A stretch of DNA of 63,489 bases, counting the filler, from Octopus bimaculoides (lineage: Eukaryota): NCBI RefSeq assembly GCF_001194135.2. It is 4 parts of 3 records of this genome, joined end to end, with 100 filler letters (N's around TTAATTAATTAA, not from the genome) between each part and the next. Parts side by side here need not be neighbours in the genome. Positions count along the whole stretch, not along the records: positions 1 to 27,240 come from NC_068982.1; 3 more parts are not named here. One strand, written 5' to 3'. The notes beneath the pieces are model-generated. The model saw only the letters and a program-made list of their open reading frames with translations, searched no databases and was not told the origin of the DNA. Of the stretch, positions 1-12,838 are shown in pieces (the stretch's first letter is position 1; each line of letters opens with the position of its first letter). The translations under genes were made by a program, and so were the position numbers.

Positions 1-160
1 TATATATATATATATATATATTTTAATGCATGTAAGTCTACGGCTGCAAATGTGATAGATTCCGAATGTCCGATAAAGATATTTTATTCTTTGCCAGCCT
101 TATCAACTTTCAATATTACAGCACCCACAAAGAGCAAAATATATCCCTCACCACCAATCA

Positions 161-183
161 CTACTACTACTACTACTACTGCA

Positions 184-236
<53 letters not shown>

Positions 237-239
237 AAT

Positions 240-274
<35 letters not shown>

Positions 275-337
275 GTGCTGTTGCTGCTGCTGCTACAACC
301 ACTACTTCTACTACTTCTACTACTTCTACTACTACTT

Positions 338-395
<58 letters not shown>

Positions 396-396
396 C
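161..396. repeat. (ACT)n microsatellite, interrupted
   Basis: Read directly; source of the poly-T/Y/V/S ORFs at 52-519. Confidence 0.95.
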
Positions 397-749
397 AACT
401 CTGAACAGACAAATACGCAACTTGGACCATTGACAATGACAATTTGCACGAATGTTTTTTTTTCTCTTTATTTCGGTTTTTGTTTTGTATTTTTAACTTT
501 TTCATTTCATTTAGGATGAGTGTATGTCCTAATTCTTTGGTCTCCCTGTCATTTGATTCTGTTGAAGAATGAAATGGACCTTCTGCTGCTGTGTCAACAT
601 GAATAACAAGAACTAGTAATATTACAGCGAATGCCAATATTAATACCAGTAGTATTTCTATTATTACTACTGCTACTACTATTGTTGCTAACAACAACAA
701 TAATACTAATAATAATAACAATAATAAAAATAATAATGATAATAATAAC

Positions 750-796
<47 letters not shown>

Positions 797-1052
797 CAAT
801 AATAATAATAATAATCATTCTTAATTGTTCTCAATACTAACAAAATTACTAAGAACCACTATAAGAATATTATATTCTTTTCTTGAGAATAGATTTAATC
901 CATCCGATTGCATGTTATTACTAACATACTAATATTAATATTGATATTTACAATAATGGCTTTAATATTAACAATATAAATGAGTTTGATATTGATAAAC
1001 AAACGTTAACATTAATAAAATATATTTTCATCAAGGCCATCATTTTAGCTTT

Positions 1053-1113
<61 letters not shown>

Positions 1114-1420
1114 ACTGGGACTCTTGATAACTGCAATGCACAAATTATCTATCCCGTAATGGGACTTTTGTGATTTATGCAAGCAAACTCTAGGACGTTT
1201 GTCTTATGATACATAAACAATATATTGGATATAGCACTGAAGATTATTGAATACATATTGCATTAAGTTCATTCAATATAAACACATATACACACACACA
1301 CACTATCAAAAAGTTGCAGGAATCCAAGATGTATTATAGAAGTAGTAAGTTTTGTAGTGCATGCAAAGAACAGAAGATTGGTGGTATAATGTAATAATAA
1401 TGATAATAATAATAATGATG

Positions 1421-1521
<101 letters not shown>

Positions 1522-2561
1522 TAGAACAATAATAGCAATAGAAAAAACAGCAGCAATAACAACAATAACAACAGTATCCACAAATACAACAACTGCAATA
1601 ATAATTTTAATAATAATGATAATACTAATGATAATAACGATTTCAAATTTTGCAGAAGACCGGCAATTTCAGAGCAAGAGTGATAGTACCAGGCTGGTAT
1701 TTTAGTTTATCGATCCAGGAGCGATGAAAAGGGACGATTACCTCTGCAGAATTAGAACTCAGAATTTAAAGATCCCTAACAAATACCGCAAGTAACGTGT
1801 TCCGACGCTCCATCGATACTGTCAGTTTGTAATATAGATTTTGATGTCGATGTGAGAAAGGTGTCAATGATTATGCTGAAATTGGTACTGATAGTAGCGA
1901 TAGTTATTATAATGCTAGGGATTAATCCTCATCACGATTTTCATGAAGTTGCTGGCTTCTACATTTTGCACATCGCCTCATACTTTGTGAGAGCCATCGG
2001 TGTAGTCTGTTTATTCCAGGCACAGAACATAAATGGTTCTCTATGGGCGCCAGTTATATTCGAAGACAAAAATTGGCGTCAGCTGAATTTCAAATGAGAA
2101 CGAAAAGACATACAACTGAATAGAACGTAGAATTTCGTCAGACAATCGGCAATTTCTTTTACCTACAATGCTTTTAATGTTTTTTATACTTGCCATTACA
2201 TTATTTATGCTACAATACAAGAGTGATAAAAAATATTCTTAAAAACGAAGCTTATCAGAGGTCGATGTAAAAATGTTGTATATCTGTTTGTGCGTATGTG
2301 TATGTGTGTGTGTATGCATGCGTGTGTGCTTGCGTGTATGTGTGCGTGACCGTGTGCGCGTGTGGGGGGGTATATAGATGTATAGATATACATAAGTATA
2401 TATACATTGATATACATATACACACAAACATATATATATATATATATATATATACGCACATACCTATACATATATATGCATATATACATATGGACATATG
2501 TACATATATATATGTATATATATATATATGTATGTATATATCCATATACTTATACATATAT

Positions 2562-2600
<39 letters not shown>

Positions 2601-5600
2601 NNNNNNNNNNATATATATATATATATATATATATATATCATATGATATAAATCTCCGATGCCTAAAATGTAGTGGATGCTCTCCTGCAAAGAACATTATA
2701 CATTACAGTTTAACAAACACAGAACCTGGACGTGACGGAACTGACACATAACATGACAGGTCTGAGTTACTAATTTGAAAGAATACCTCACATCTTTGTT
2801 GATTGGATATCGAGCGATTGTATAACAGCAAATGAACATCGATTCCGGGTGGATGGAATGGATATGGAAACCCAATTAGATTCGTAATGGCGAAAGTAAT
2901 GAAACGTAGCTACCTGTCTCCTACTTCTTCGGGCACTCTAGGGATTACGTAACGTTTCGAAAAGAGAATGAGTCCACAAGTTGTAGACGTAGTAGATTAT
3001 CGATTAAAGGAATCCTGTATATTACTGGCAGTCCTTTTATCTACACCAGGAAATAATGAAGTAGACATCGACAGGATTTGAACACTGAAGAAAAACTACA
3101 TTACTGAATATCGTAAGATGACACGTTCGATCTCTCGACCATTATGGTAATAAAAGGTAAATTGCCACTAGGACAAAGTAAAGGGGATACTTTAAGGCTC
3201 ATTGCTGTGCAATAGAAAACGAAATAGATAATAATAGATATAATATCATGACAATTGTAAATCCCACTAGAATTTGAATTTTTAAATTTGGATTACGTGA
3301 AACTGCCAATCAACAGGAATCGAAACTGCATCACCAAAGACCAATACAGAAAACTCTGTGCTGTCACACAAACTGCTACATATAGCAAGTCAGTTTCAAT
3401 TAGTAACTTGAAAAATAAAAAAAATATATAGATATAGTGGAAAATATAGTCATAGGGAAACAAAAAGTGGTGATTGTCACAGCTGAATAGTCTTTCATCA
3501 TCGGTCATCTCTATCAATGTCAATCTTCAGCTAAGCAACATTAAGGAATCAATTACCTCACGATAACGAGGGAGCCACGTCAATTATCTTCGACCTACCG
3601 AGACAGAGCAGCCAACTGATATACTACTGTCATAAGTGAGAGAAGGACACATAAAACAATATCGCACTGCGTACCCTAAAATGACAAGTGGTCATGTCTG
3701 ATACATTTTGATTATATATTTGCTGAATAAGGTTTCACTTTAAGGTAAATATCAGTAGCTGAGTAAACGATTCAGTAAATAATCTACGCAGTGCTATGTA
3801 TACCAATTGTTTGTAACAATTAAATATATCAATAACTGAACAACAAAAAAAGCAACAACATCATAACAACAATTGATGCATTAATACTAATGCCGTTTAC
3901 AACTGATCGAGCAGAAGTCTGCATATTCAAAAAACTGAGTATAGCAAATGAATGACGATTACAATATCAAAATTATTTATAAATAAAAACACTACAAACA
4001 AATATGAAGACGACGGGGGCGACGTCGACGAAGACGATAATGACGACAAGGAGGTGGAGGAGGACTGAAATGAGGAGACTGCACAAATATGAACTGCAGA
4101 AGGACACAACAAACGATAAAGTGGAACATTTGCATCGATCATAAACAATAACACTAAAAATCCATTAACAAAAAGAATATTAATAAATAGCAATAACAGA
4201 ATAGTGACAAATATTCGCAAAATCTAGGGGAGACTGAGAGGGAGAGCCGGTGCACTGCATATAGAATAACGCAAGATTATTCTGGGATACTTAAGGAAGT
4301 ATCTTCCTCAAATTCCTACCGCCAGCTAATAATCATGTATTTACTGCTGTCTCAATGAGCCACGCCAATTTTTCTATTCTCACCAACTCCCATAAAAAAT
4401 TATTGGGGGGTTAGCAGCTCCCTTCTGCCTCATGCCGTACGTAAAGAAACTGGTCTGAAGAGATTATTGTATAGAAAACTTTCACTAATACACTGTACAC
4501 TTATCCTTCGATATAGATGCCAGGTAAAGGAAAAGTACTTGTGTTCTAATGGTAATGAGCTTCATAGCTTGATGTTCATGATAGACTTGGTCCATCCTCA
4601 CGCGTATGAACTACACGGCAATATAAACTCAGAAAATAGTTAATTAGTACAATCCACGCATATTTTCTTTTTTTTTTATCACTTGTAAATTTCTGATAGT
4701 TTCCGAGATAATTGTCAACTGATATGCGTGTAGAGTTTATCCCGAACAAGAAAACACATATGTAACATTGCCAGGCCCCAAACCTTTGAAACTCCGTATT
4801 ATTATTTTTTTTTTATTTTGTCCTGAGGTAATTTTTCACATTCTTCCTATCGTTATTCATAATCATTCCCATGATGTCATAACTAGTATCTTTTGCTAAA
4901 CTTCTTCAAAATGTTTAGATCGAGATTCTCCTGACATGTTCCTCTGGTGCTAAAAACGAGCGCCCTGCAACGTTCCGTATTCCAAGACCCAACCTGAATC
5001 TGCACTGGATAGCTGCAAGTTGGTCAAACGTACCAGCAGTGGAAAGGCGTGTCACACGCTCGAAAGACCACACTACTTCTTATCGTTAGAAAAGGAAGCT
5101 TTCCAGATACGGCTGAGTACCATCAGCTTTGACATGAACGGATTCTGTTGGAGTAAACTTTTGCAGATTAACAGTATGTCGAGCGAAGTTATCCTTTCTA
5201 CAATTAGCACTGATGTTACCCGTGATAAAACACGATGGTCAATCTGTGGCAGATACACAAGTGACGTAAAGGCTATCCAATTCAAGTTTCTTTCAGAGTT
5301 TGGCTGAATGCCATCCTTGTAATTTCTATCCAGGTTTTCACCTATAGTATGGTAGTCTTAACCAGACTGGACATTCAAACACCACACAATCGGTCTCACT
5401 ACATTCCAAAGAACTTCAGTTCCTAAACATCAGTCACCGCCCCGCATAGAAACGTCTCTCAAGTTTATGTGCTAATACCAAGTATTCTCCGCCACTCCAA
5501 TTTCTGATGTGTCCGACACCATGATGATCAGCTCCTCGTAAAGGAGACACGGCTTTCCTGTGCCCCACATCGAGTGCGATGCCCCTCTACGTTTTCAACC

Positions 5601-6323
5601 ATTTCAGCTTAGCTCCAGCAGCAAAATAGAAACGCTAGGTGTCGTTCTCGTGGGATTGAGAATGGAATGCCCAATCAGAGCTTCACAGAAGTCAAGTCAA
5701 GTTCCTATCCTCTATACTATGTTTCAAATCTATTGCTGTTGTAAAAGCTACCGGATATCGGTTATCTTAATACATCTCCGAATAAACGTCCCCCGGAAAG
5801 TGCCAACCTCTTTGCTAACCTTTGCCAAAATCTTTCACTTTGTCTACTATGCAATTCTTGTTCAGGTATATCCTCAGTAACGTCATTACACCTCAGCTGC
5901 AAAAATTTCGAAATGAAGATAAAGTTGTGTCATAACGATAAAAGTTGTAAAGCAAGTATATATTCACCGTGATTTGATCATGTGTTGAAATGAGATTTTC
6001 ACACTCATCTGCATCTGTGGCACAAAATGCAGACTGTCAAACAGGTATGGAAATCCACCGTCAATAGTGGTTTTGTTATTGCTTACAAATTGACAAAATA
6101 TCTTTGAGAATGTGCACACATCTGCTGGAGATCGGATATAAAAATACTCACTGTGGTCTATTGATATTTGAAATACAGCTCTGTTGTCACACAACACCTC
6201 CACAAACCCAATCACCTAAAGAAAACAATGGTGACATTTTTTGTCTGTCTTCCACACAATAAAAATACAAAGATGATGATGATGATGATGATGGTGATTA
6301 TTTTTTTCTCCCGTATTATTATT

Positions 6324-6810
6324 GAGAGAGCAGTGCATGCCATCAAAGTGACCCTGGGATGAAATATATGAAGCCCAGTATACCTATCATGACCGCCCGT
6401 CTGATAAGAGTACACCAGGCACGTGCATCACAACCATATTTGCACGACATGGTGATCTCATATCAAGATAAACAGTACTGGACCTTGTAGGTGGGGCCCA
6501 GTTAGAATTTTCTATCCTGCTCAAAAGTTGCTTAAGGATGATGAATGTAACATCCATGTTTCTAGAGGTGAATTATCCAAACTCCAAATAACTACTCACA
6601 ACACATGGCTAGGATGCACATATCTTCAGCCACTAAGGGACATTTGCAATTGGTTATGGTCACACAACTGACAAGCAAGTCTGTGGTATTAAGCAGAATA
6701 TATGCTGTAGTCTATCTTTCATACCAAGACAAAACAATGTACATGGTAACGCTTCCAGTCAGTTAAGATCAGAAGCCATGAGAGTCACTGTCTAGTATTG
6801 AATCTAGGCA
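6324..6810 (-). mobile_element. Non-coding interspersed repeat flanked by AAT/ATT runs on both sides
   Basis: Its end (GAGAGAGCAGTGCATGCCATCAAAGTGAC...GAAGCCCAGTATA) recurs in reverse complement at 62430-62492, there followed by (AAT)n. Bounded here by a short TATTATTATT and a long (ATT)n. Strand assigned by analogy to the AAT polarity of the RLE elements. Confidence 0.6.
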
Positions 6811-6877
<67 letters not shown>

Positions 6878-6879
6878 TT

Positions 6880-7265
6880 AATCTGTATGTTGATTCAATC
6901 ACTTGTCGGGAGACACCCATCACCCTAGGATAACAGATGATGAAATATAACTAAAAGCATAGGAGGGGGAAATCCAGAAATACATACAATACATGCATTT
7001 AAATTAATAGGATATGAACAGTCCTTGTGAATACAAAATTTTGGATTCCTTTGTGATAGGACTTTTCTCAGATGTTGCCAAGTTATTTTTTATCGTACAA
7101 AAGGCATGTACAATAACAGGAACAGACTTAGCTTTAAAATACCACATCTTTTGTACTTTAATTTCCAGGTCCTTTCATTGTAAAGTTTGTCCAGTTTCTC
7201 TGCAGATACATTTTTATCAGTTAGGGGCACATACGTCATAAGTCAAGAGGTATTTTCTTCCCCGT
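6880..7265 (-). mobile_element. Degraded 3' fragment of an R4/Dong-like RLE non-LTR retrotransposon
   Basis: Minus-strand frameshifted translation gives DVC.P.DKNVSA...KL and DLEIKVQKMWYFKAKSVPVIVHAF, an RLE C-terminus. It is followed by a 3'UTR ending in (AAT)n on the element strand. Confidence 0.65.
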
Positions 7266-7879
7266 CTTTCATAATTATATACGGTCGATTAGTCAGGATT
7301 TTTCTGTCAGATCATGAAATAGTATTATTATTATTATGTTTTCAACGTTATCCAAACAGCATAATATATTATATATGATAATTAACTGAATGATTGCAGA
7401 GCCAGAAGAGACAGTATCAAAAAGAAAAGCGTTGTAAATATTGTTTCATAAAATTATTATATTGTAATATGTATCATTATTAGAAAATAACTGGAAAAGT
7501 AACAACTAATATAAGAGTCTCTTTAATTATTCTATCACAATGTATTTGTTTTGCCTCTAAGACTATTTCCGAGATCTAATCAATTTCCAAACAATTATAT
7601 TTGAGTACGTTGTCAGTTTTGTCATTTTATCGTTCTCGTAAAGGGCGGCTATAAAATGAAATGTCTCCTAATAGAAGATGCAGAAGATTATATACCTCTT
7701 GAACAAATAAGAAAATTATCTAAATACTTTCATATAGAAGTATCAGATATTCAGGTTGAAAAATTATAATTAGGTGTTTTAGGAACTATTAAATATAGTG
7801 CATATACACATACGTAAAAGCATAAGCTAAATTCCAGATCTTACACAAAGCAACACCGCACAAAACATAGAACTCATAC

Positions 7880-9058
7880 ACTCTGCACTAATAATACCTA
7901 GAGTACTTCCCATACAATACAAAATACAAATTTCGCAAGTATCCAAGCTGTATTATACAATCGGTTGAGCAGTGATAGAACCATAGAATAAAAATGAAAC
8001 TATTGAATGGATACTCGGCAGCGTTAGTAGATTGGACAAAAATTGAATTAGCAAAGTTAGACAAAAGAACTAGGGAGGAATTCAAAATAAATGGATGACT
8101 CCACGCAACGGTAGGAGTAGCAAGATTATAACTACCTAGAAATGAAGGCGGAAGAGGGTTGACATCAATAGAAGACAGCGTGGAGTTAAGTAGTGTAGAC
8201 ATAGACTGCTATGTAGGTAATAGTGAAGAAAGTTTATTAAAAGCTGCAAGACAGGGAAACCAAAAAAAAAACGAAGTTAAAAACCAGAAAAAAACATTAA
8301 TTATCTGGCAGGAGAAGGCATTGCATGGTAGATTCCCAAAGATATTTACAGCAAATAGTAGTAGTGAGACATGGTTATGTTTGCAGGAAGGAAAGATAAA
8401 CAGGGAGAGAAAATGATTGTTAGTAGCAGCACAAGATCAAGCATTAAGGACTAATTGGATAAAAGCTAAGATAGACAAAAATAAAGTAGTTTCCCGATGT
8501 AGATTATGCAAAGCAAAGAAGAAAGTGTTGTTCATCTAGTAANNNNNNNNNNNNNNNNNNNNNNNNNNNNNNNNNNNNNNNNNNNNNNNNNNNNNNNNNN
8601 NNNNNNNNNNNNNNNNNNNNNNNNNNNNNNNNNNNNNNNNNNNNNNNNNNNNNNNNNNNNNNNGCATTGCATGGTAGATTCCCAAAGATATTTACAGCAA
8701 ATAGTAGTAGTGAGACATGGTTATGTTTGCAGGAAGGAAAGATAAACAGGGAGAGAAAATGATTGTTAGTAGCAGCACAAGATCAAGCATTAAGGACTAA
8801 TTGGATAAAAGCCAAGATAGACAAAAATAAAGTAGATTCCCGATGTAGATTATGCAAAGCAAAGAAGAAAGTGTTGTTCATCTAGTAATACAAGAAAGGA
8901 CATGACAATCTAGAAGAACAATCCACTGGGAGCTATGTAGAAAGCTAGGATATGTTGATAAATGGTATGAACATGAACTTAGTAAAATACTAGAAAGTAA
9001 GAAATACAACATGTTGTGAGACTTTTACATTCTGACAGAGAGATAGAAGCTAGAAGTA
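7880..9058 (+). mobile_element. R4/Dong-like RLE retrotransposon fragment (RT thumb to zinc knuckle), interrupted
   Basis: Motifs ARL*LPRNEGGRGLTSIED, LHGRFP, AAQDQALRTNWIK, CRLCKAKEESVVHLV and DFYILTDREIEAR. Contains stops and frameshifts; about 8325-8541 is duplicated across the gap at about 8664-8884. Confidence 0.85.
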
Positions 9059-9655
9059 TTACTCCAATTCCTTCTCTCCGACTCACAGGTCTACGCTTAA
9101 TTAGGTACCACCCACTCTTACCATTTTCGCAAATTTCGCCCACTTTTCAACTAACTCACTCGAGGACAGCACTTCCGTCTCCACCCTCAATTTATTTTTA
9201 AGTGAATCTTTAAGAAGTGAATGAGAGCTCTACCAAAGAGGAATGCATCTCCTTTCATGCCATTCAGCCTTGTCCACCAACTTATTTCGCTAAAGCTACC
9301 AGGCAAAGGAACATTACATTGACTGCCTGTTTGAGGGGGGTGACGAGGCAATAATCAATACAGACCCGGCCGATAGACGCATCCGTCCCACCGTGGAAGC
9401 AGCTGTTCGACATCATCCAACACGTTAGCAATTCCCGGACTCTGAACGAGTGCGTGCAGAACAGTGTCGTCACTCTGTGTGCACCTAGGACAAGCCCGTC
9501 TGACCACACCCCTGTATGTAGAGTTTACCGCGAAGCGGTAGCGACCTCCGGTAGCACTGCCAGGCAAAGTACACCTGGAAATTATCCATGATAGTTTCCG
9601 ACCGGAAAGTCCTCTAGAACAGACTAGCCAGTTTGCTTTCACCCGCGCCTAGAGA
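9059..9655 (-). mobile_element. Tx1/L1-clade LINE 3' fragment (zf-RVT-like)
   Basis: CPRCTQSDDTVLHALVQSP...VEQLL zinc-knuckle remnant and downstream KLRVETEVLS...EKWAKF. GC-richer than its flanks, and abuts the broken RLE fragment. Confidence 0.7.
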
Positions 9656-9793
9656 CTCCCAAAAATAATAATAATAATAATAACAATAATAAGAAGAAGA
9701 AGAAGAAGAAGGGGAAGAAGAAGAAGAAGAAGAAGAAGAAGAAGAAGAAGAAGAAGAAGAAGAAGAAGAAGAAGAAGAAGAAGAAGAAGAAGA

Positions 9794-9996
9794 ATCCCTT
9801 CTACTAAAGGCACAAGACCTAAAATTTGGGGAGAGAGGACTAGTCGATAACATCGACCCCAATGTTTCAATGGTGCTTAATTGTTTGAACCCGAAATGAA
9901 GAAAAGCAAAGTCGGCCGCAGCAGAATTTGAACTCAGAACGTAGCAGCAGACCAAATACATGCCCGGCGTGCCCACGATCCTGCCAGCTCTCCGCC
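9794..9996 (-). mobile_element. tRNA-derived SINE, family A (head GGCGG.GAGCTGGCAG, B-box GAGTTCAAATTC)
   Basis: Clear similarity to copies at 11574-11782, 12538-12754 and 37090-37313; flanked by trinucleotide repeats. Confidence 0.85.
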
Positions 9997-10028
9997 TTAC
10001 GGCATTAATAATAGTGATAGTAATAATA

Positions 10029-10125
<97 letters not shown>

Positions 10126-10204
10126 CAATTCCAAATAAAATAAATCCCANNNNNNNNNNAATAATAATAATAATAATAATGACAATTCCAAACAAAATAA
10201 ATCC

Positions 10205-11338
10205 CAGAATTAGATCTACTGGAAACTAGCACAGAAAAAGCCAAGCTGCCTTAGATATTCTTATTGATGAATGGCAAGAAAAAACTCTCAAACGCAAATA
10301 CCTCAAGTGAGCTAATAAAGCCGATGTTGACAATGCCCTTACTTATGGTTAGTGGTTGGTGTCTTCTGGATTAACATCAGAAACAGAAGGGTTTATGATA
10401 GCAATACAAGATCAATACCTTCCTACAAGAAGTTACAAGGCCAACATCTTAAAGAACGGCAGTAGCCCAACATGTCATGTGTGTAAACAACAAAATGAAA
10501 CCAGTGATCGTGTTGTATCTAGGTGCAGTCTCCTTGCGCCTACAGAGTATCTCACCATGCATGATAGAGCAACATAGTATATTCACTGGGTAAATTTGCA
10601 AAGACTTGGACCTGCCCGATGATAAAAACTGTTGGGACACAAGCCACCACCTCCAGTGCTTAATATGACAACATCTCACACCTTTGGAATTTCACCGATC
10701 AAAATGACAGAAAGATAGATGCGAATAGACCAGACATTAATTATATTGGCGGTCTGCAAAAAAAAAATCATGCCTCCTCATCGATATGACTATCCCAATT
10801 GACATAAATGTATCTGACAAGACCTACCAAAATTTGAGTATAAATATCTTGAAATAGAAACTGGAGAAATGCGAATCTTGAAGACTAAAAAAATACTTGC
10901 TGTCATAGGTGCCTATGAATGATAGCAAAAGGGTCTGATTGCTACCTAGCACAGATACCAGGAAATCCAAAAACTGGAAGGAATATTTTTTTAAAATAGT
11001 ACTCATGAGCACTCCCCATATCGTACGAAAAAATATTGACTATGTAATCCCAAAAATATTTTAATCCGTAAACAGTGTCAAAATACGTTGAAATGCGGAT
11101 AATATAACACCTTGTACTGCCATCTTAACAGCAGATTATCAACTTATAATCAAATTATTTTTAAAACAAATTCTAATTTACTTATATATTTTGACAGACA
11201 TTCTCTAGAACAATACTCTGTGCCAAATATATGCCACTCCTGGAATAACACCAACATGAAATTCTAACTTGTTGTCTCTTAACGTCTCTGGGTGAAACTT
11301 GGAGTCAACTTGTACAAATACAATTCAAAAGCCATGCG

Positions 11339-11340
<2 letters not shown>
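10205..11340 (+). mobile_element. R4/Dong-like RLE retrotransposon 3' fragment with 3'UTR
   Basis: SETEGFMIAIQDQYLPTR, C..CKQQNET.D.VVS.CS.LAPTEY..MHDR, RPDI, LLIDMTIP and TPHIVRKILTM*. Starts after an AAT-rich run and ends at (AAT)n at 11341. Confidence 0.85.
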
Positions 11341-11400
<60 letters not shown>

Positions 11401-11419
11401 CAACAACAACAACAACAAC

Positions 11420-11530
11420 AACAAGGCAACTGGAAATGCCATGCAAGATTGATGACTTAACGCACATCTTCAGGAAAACATTATCTGTCTGAGGTCCTTG
11501 TTGTAACTTGACAGATGACTAAAGACACTG
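11420..11530 (+). mobile_element. Extreme 3' tip of an RLE retrotransposon
   Basis: THIFRKTLSV* resembles the AHILRKTLSI* terminus. Starts directly after an (AAT)n/(AAC)n run. Confidence 0.55.
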
Positions 11531-11573
11531 CTGTATTTTTACCTACATTGTGTTACGAAGGAATAATAATAAT

Positions 11574-11782
11574 TCTTTCTATTGGAAGCACAAGGCCTCA
11601 AATTTTGGGGGAGTGATCTAGTCGATTACGTCGACTCCAGTGTTTCACTGGTATTTAATCTATCGAGTCCCGAAAGGATACAATGTGAAGTCGACCGCTG
11701 TGGAATTTGAACTCAGAACGTTAAGTCGAACGAAATATTGCTAAACATCTTGCCCAGTGCGCTAACGATTCTGCCTGCTCGC
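11574..11782 (-). mobile_element. SINE family A
   Basis: Same head, GTCGAC core and AGGCACAAGGCC tail as the other copies. Confidence 0.8.
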
Positions 11783-11784
11783 AG

Positions 11785-11799
11785 AACAACAACAATAAC

Positions 11800-11879
<80 letters not shown>

Positions 11880-11889
11880 TAATAATAAT

Positions 11890-11943
<54 letters not shown>

Positions 11944-12076
11944 TATTATAATACTAATATTAATAATAATAATAATAATAATAATTGTGATAATTATAAT
12001 AATAATAACAACAACAACAACAACAACAACAATATTAATAATAATGATAATAATAGTAATAATAATAATAATAACA
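11785..12076. repeat. (AAT)n microsatellite, one of many AAT/ATT tracts in the window
   Basis: Read directly. Similar tracts at about 700-815, 1390-1520, 6811-6877, 10010-10125, 13620-13785, 16130-16200, 18159-18235 and 32191-32421. Confidence 0.95.
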
Positions 12077-12501
12077 ATAAGCCACACCCATCGATTTCGA
12101 CGTATGTGGGTTTCAGGGAAGAGGTTATAAAAAGATGACTCTGCCTCTATTTGCGATGGATGTGTGAATGTAATTTGAGTACAGGTATGGATTTTGCTTC
12201 GAAGGTACAATACGTACAATAATGATTTTCCTTTTACATAAGATTAGACACACGTGCCTGTTGATTGCAGGATATAATCCTGTCTCTTCAACTCACATAG
12301 TTTAGATGCATCATAAGACATTTTACGACACTCAGATCGATCTAAGCAATAATTTTGCCAAAATGTTAAATTAAGCTGTAGGAAATTTAGTGATTACTTC
12401 AACTTATCCTTATACCAAACCGGTAGTATTCCTTTACTGCGGAATCGCTCTATTAGTTGGACATAAAACAGAATTATTATTAGTATTATTATTATTATTA
12501 C

Positions 12502-12537
<36 letters not shown>

Positions 12538-12754
12538 GGCGGCGAGCTGGCAGAGTCGTTAGAACGCCAGGCAAAATGCCTAGAGGTTTTTCGTCTGGCG
12601 CTACGTTCTCAGTTCATATTTCGCCGAGGTCGGTCGACTTTGCCTTTCATCCTTTCGGAGTCGATAAATTAAGTACCAGTTGCGTACGGGGATCGATGTA
12701 AGCGACTTATTCCCTTCCCCCAAATGTCAGGCCTTGTGCTTCCGGTAGAAAGGA
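12538..12754 (+). mobile_element. SINE family A
   Basis: GGCGGCGAGCTGGCAGAGTCGTTAG head and GTCGACTTTGCCTTTCATCCTTTCGG core; lies between (TAG/TAT)n and (TAT)n. Confidence 0.88.
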
Positions 12755-12838
12755 GTATTATTATTATTATTATTATTATTACTATTATTATTATTAATAT
12801 ATTTTTAAAAAGGGTTGCCGTAACTCTTCATAAAGGTA

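Noticed and set aside
2935-3000. GAAACGTT-containing hammerhead-like remnant on the minus strand
   Set aside because: No recognisable core or stem II; too degenerate to support.
4450-4490. CTGAAGA...GAAA spacing (similar cases near 3490-3530 and 13110)
   Set aside because: No stem II or stem I pairing; expected by chance.
4900-5900. GC-richer block, possibly an old LINE fragment on the minus strand
   Set aside because: Only a vague knuckle-like ETDCVVFECP amid many stops; no family can be assigned.
8325-8884. Apparent tandem duplication of about 215 bp (also about 10117-10206)
   Set aside because: The copies flank an N gap and are nearly identical, which is typical of unmerged contig overlap.
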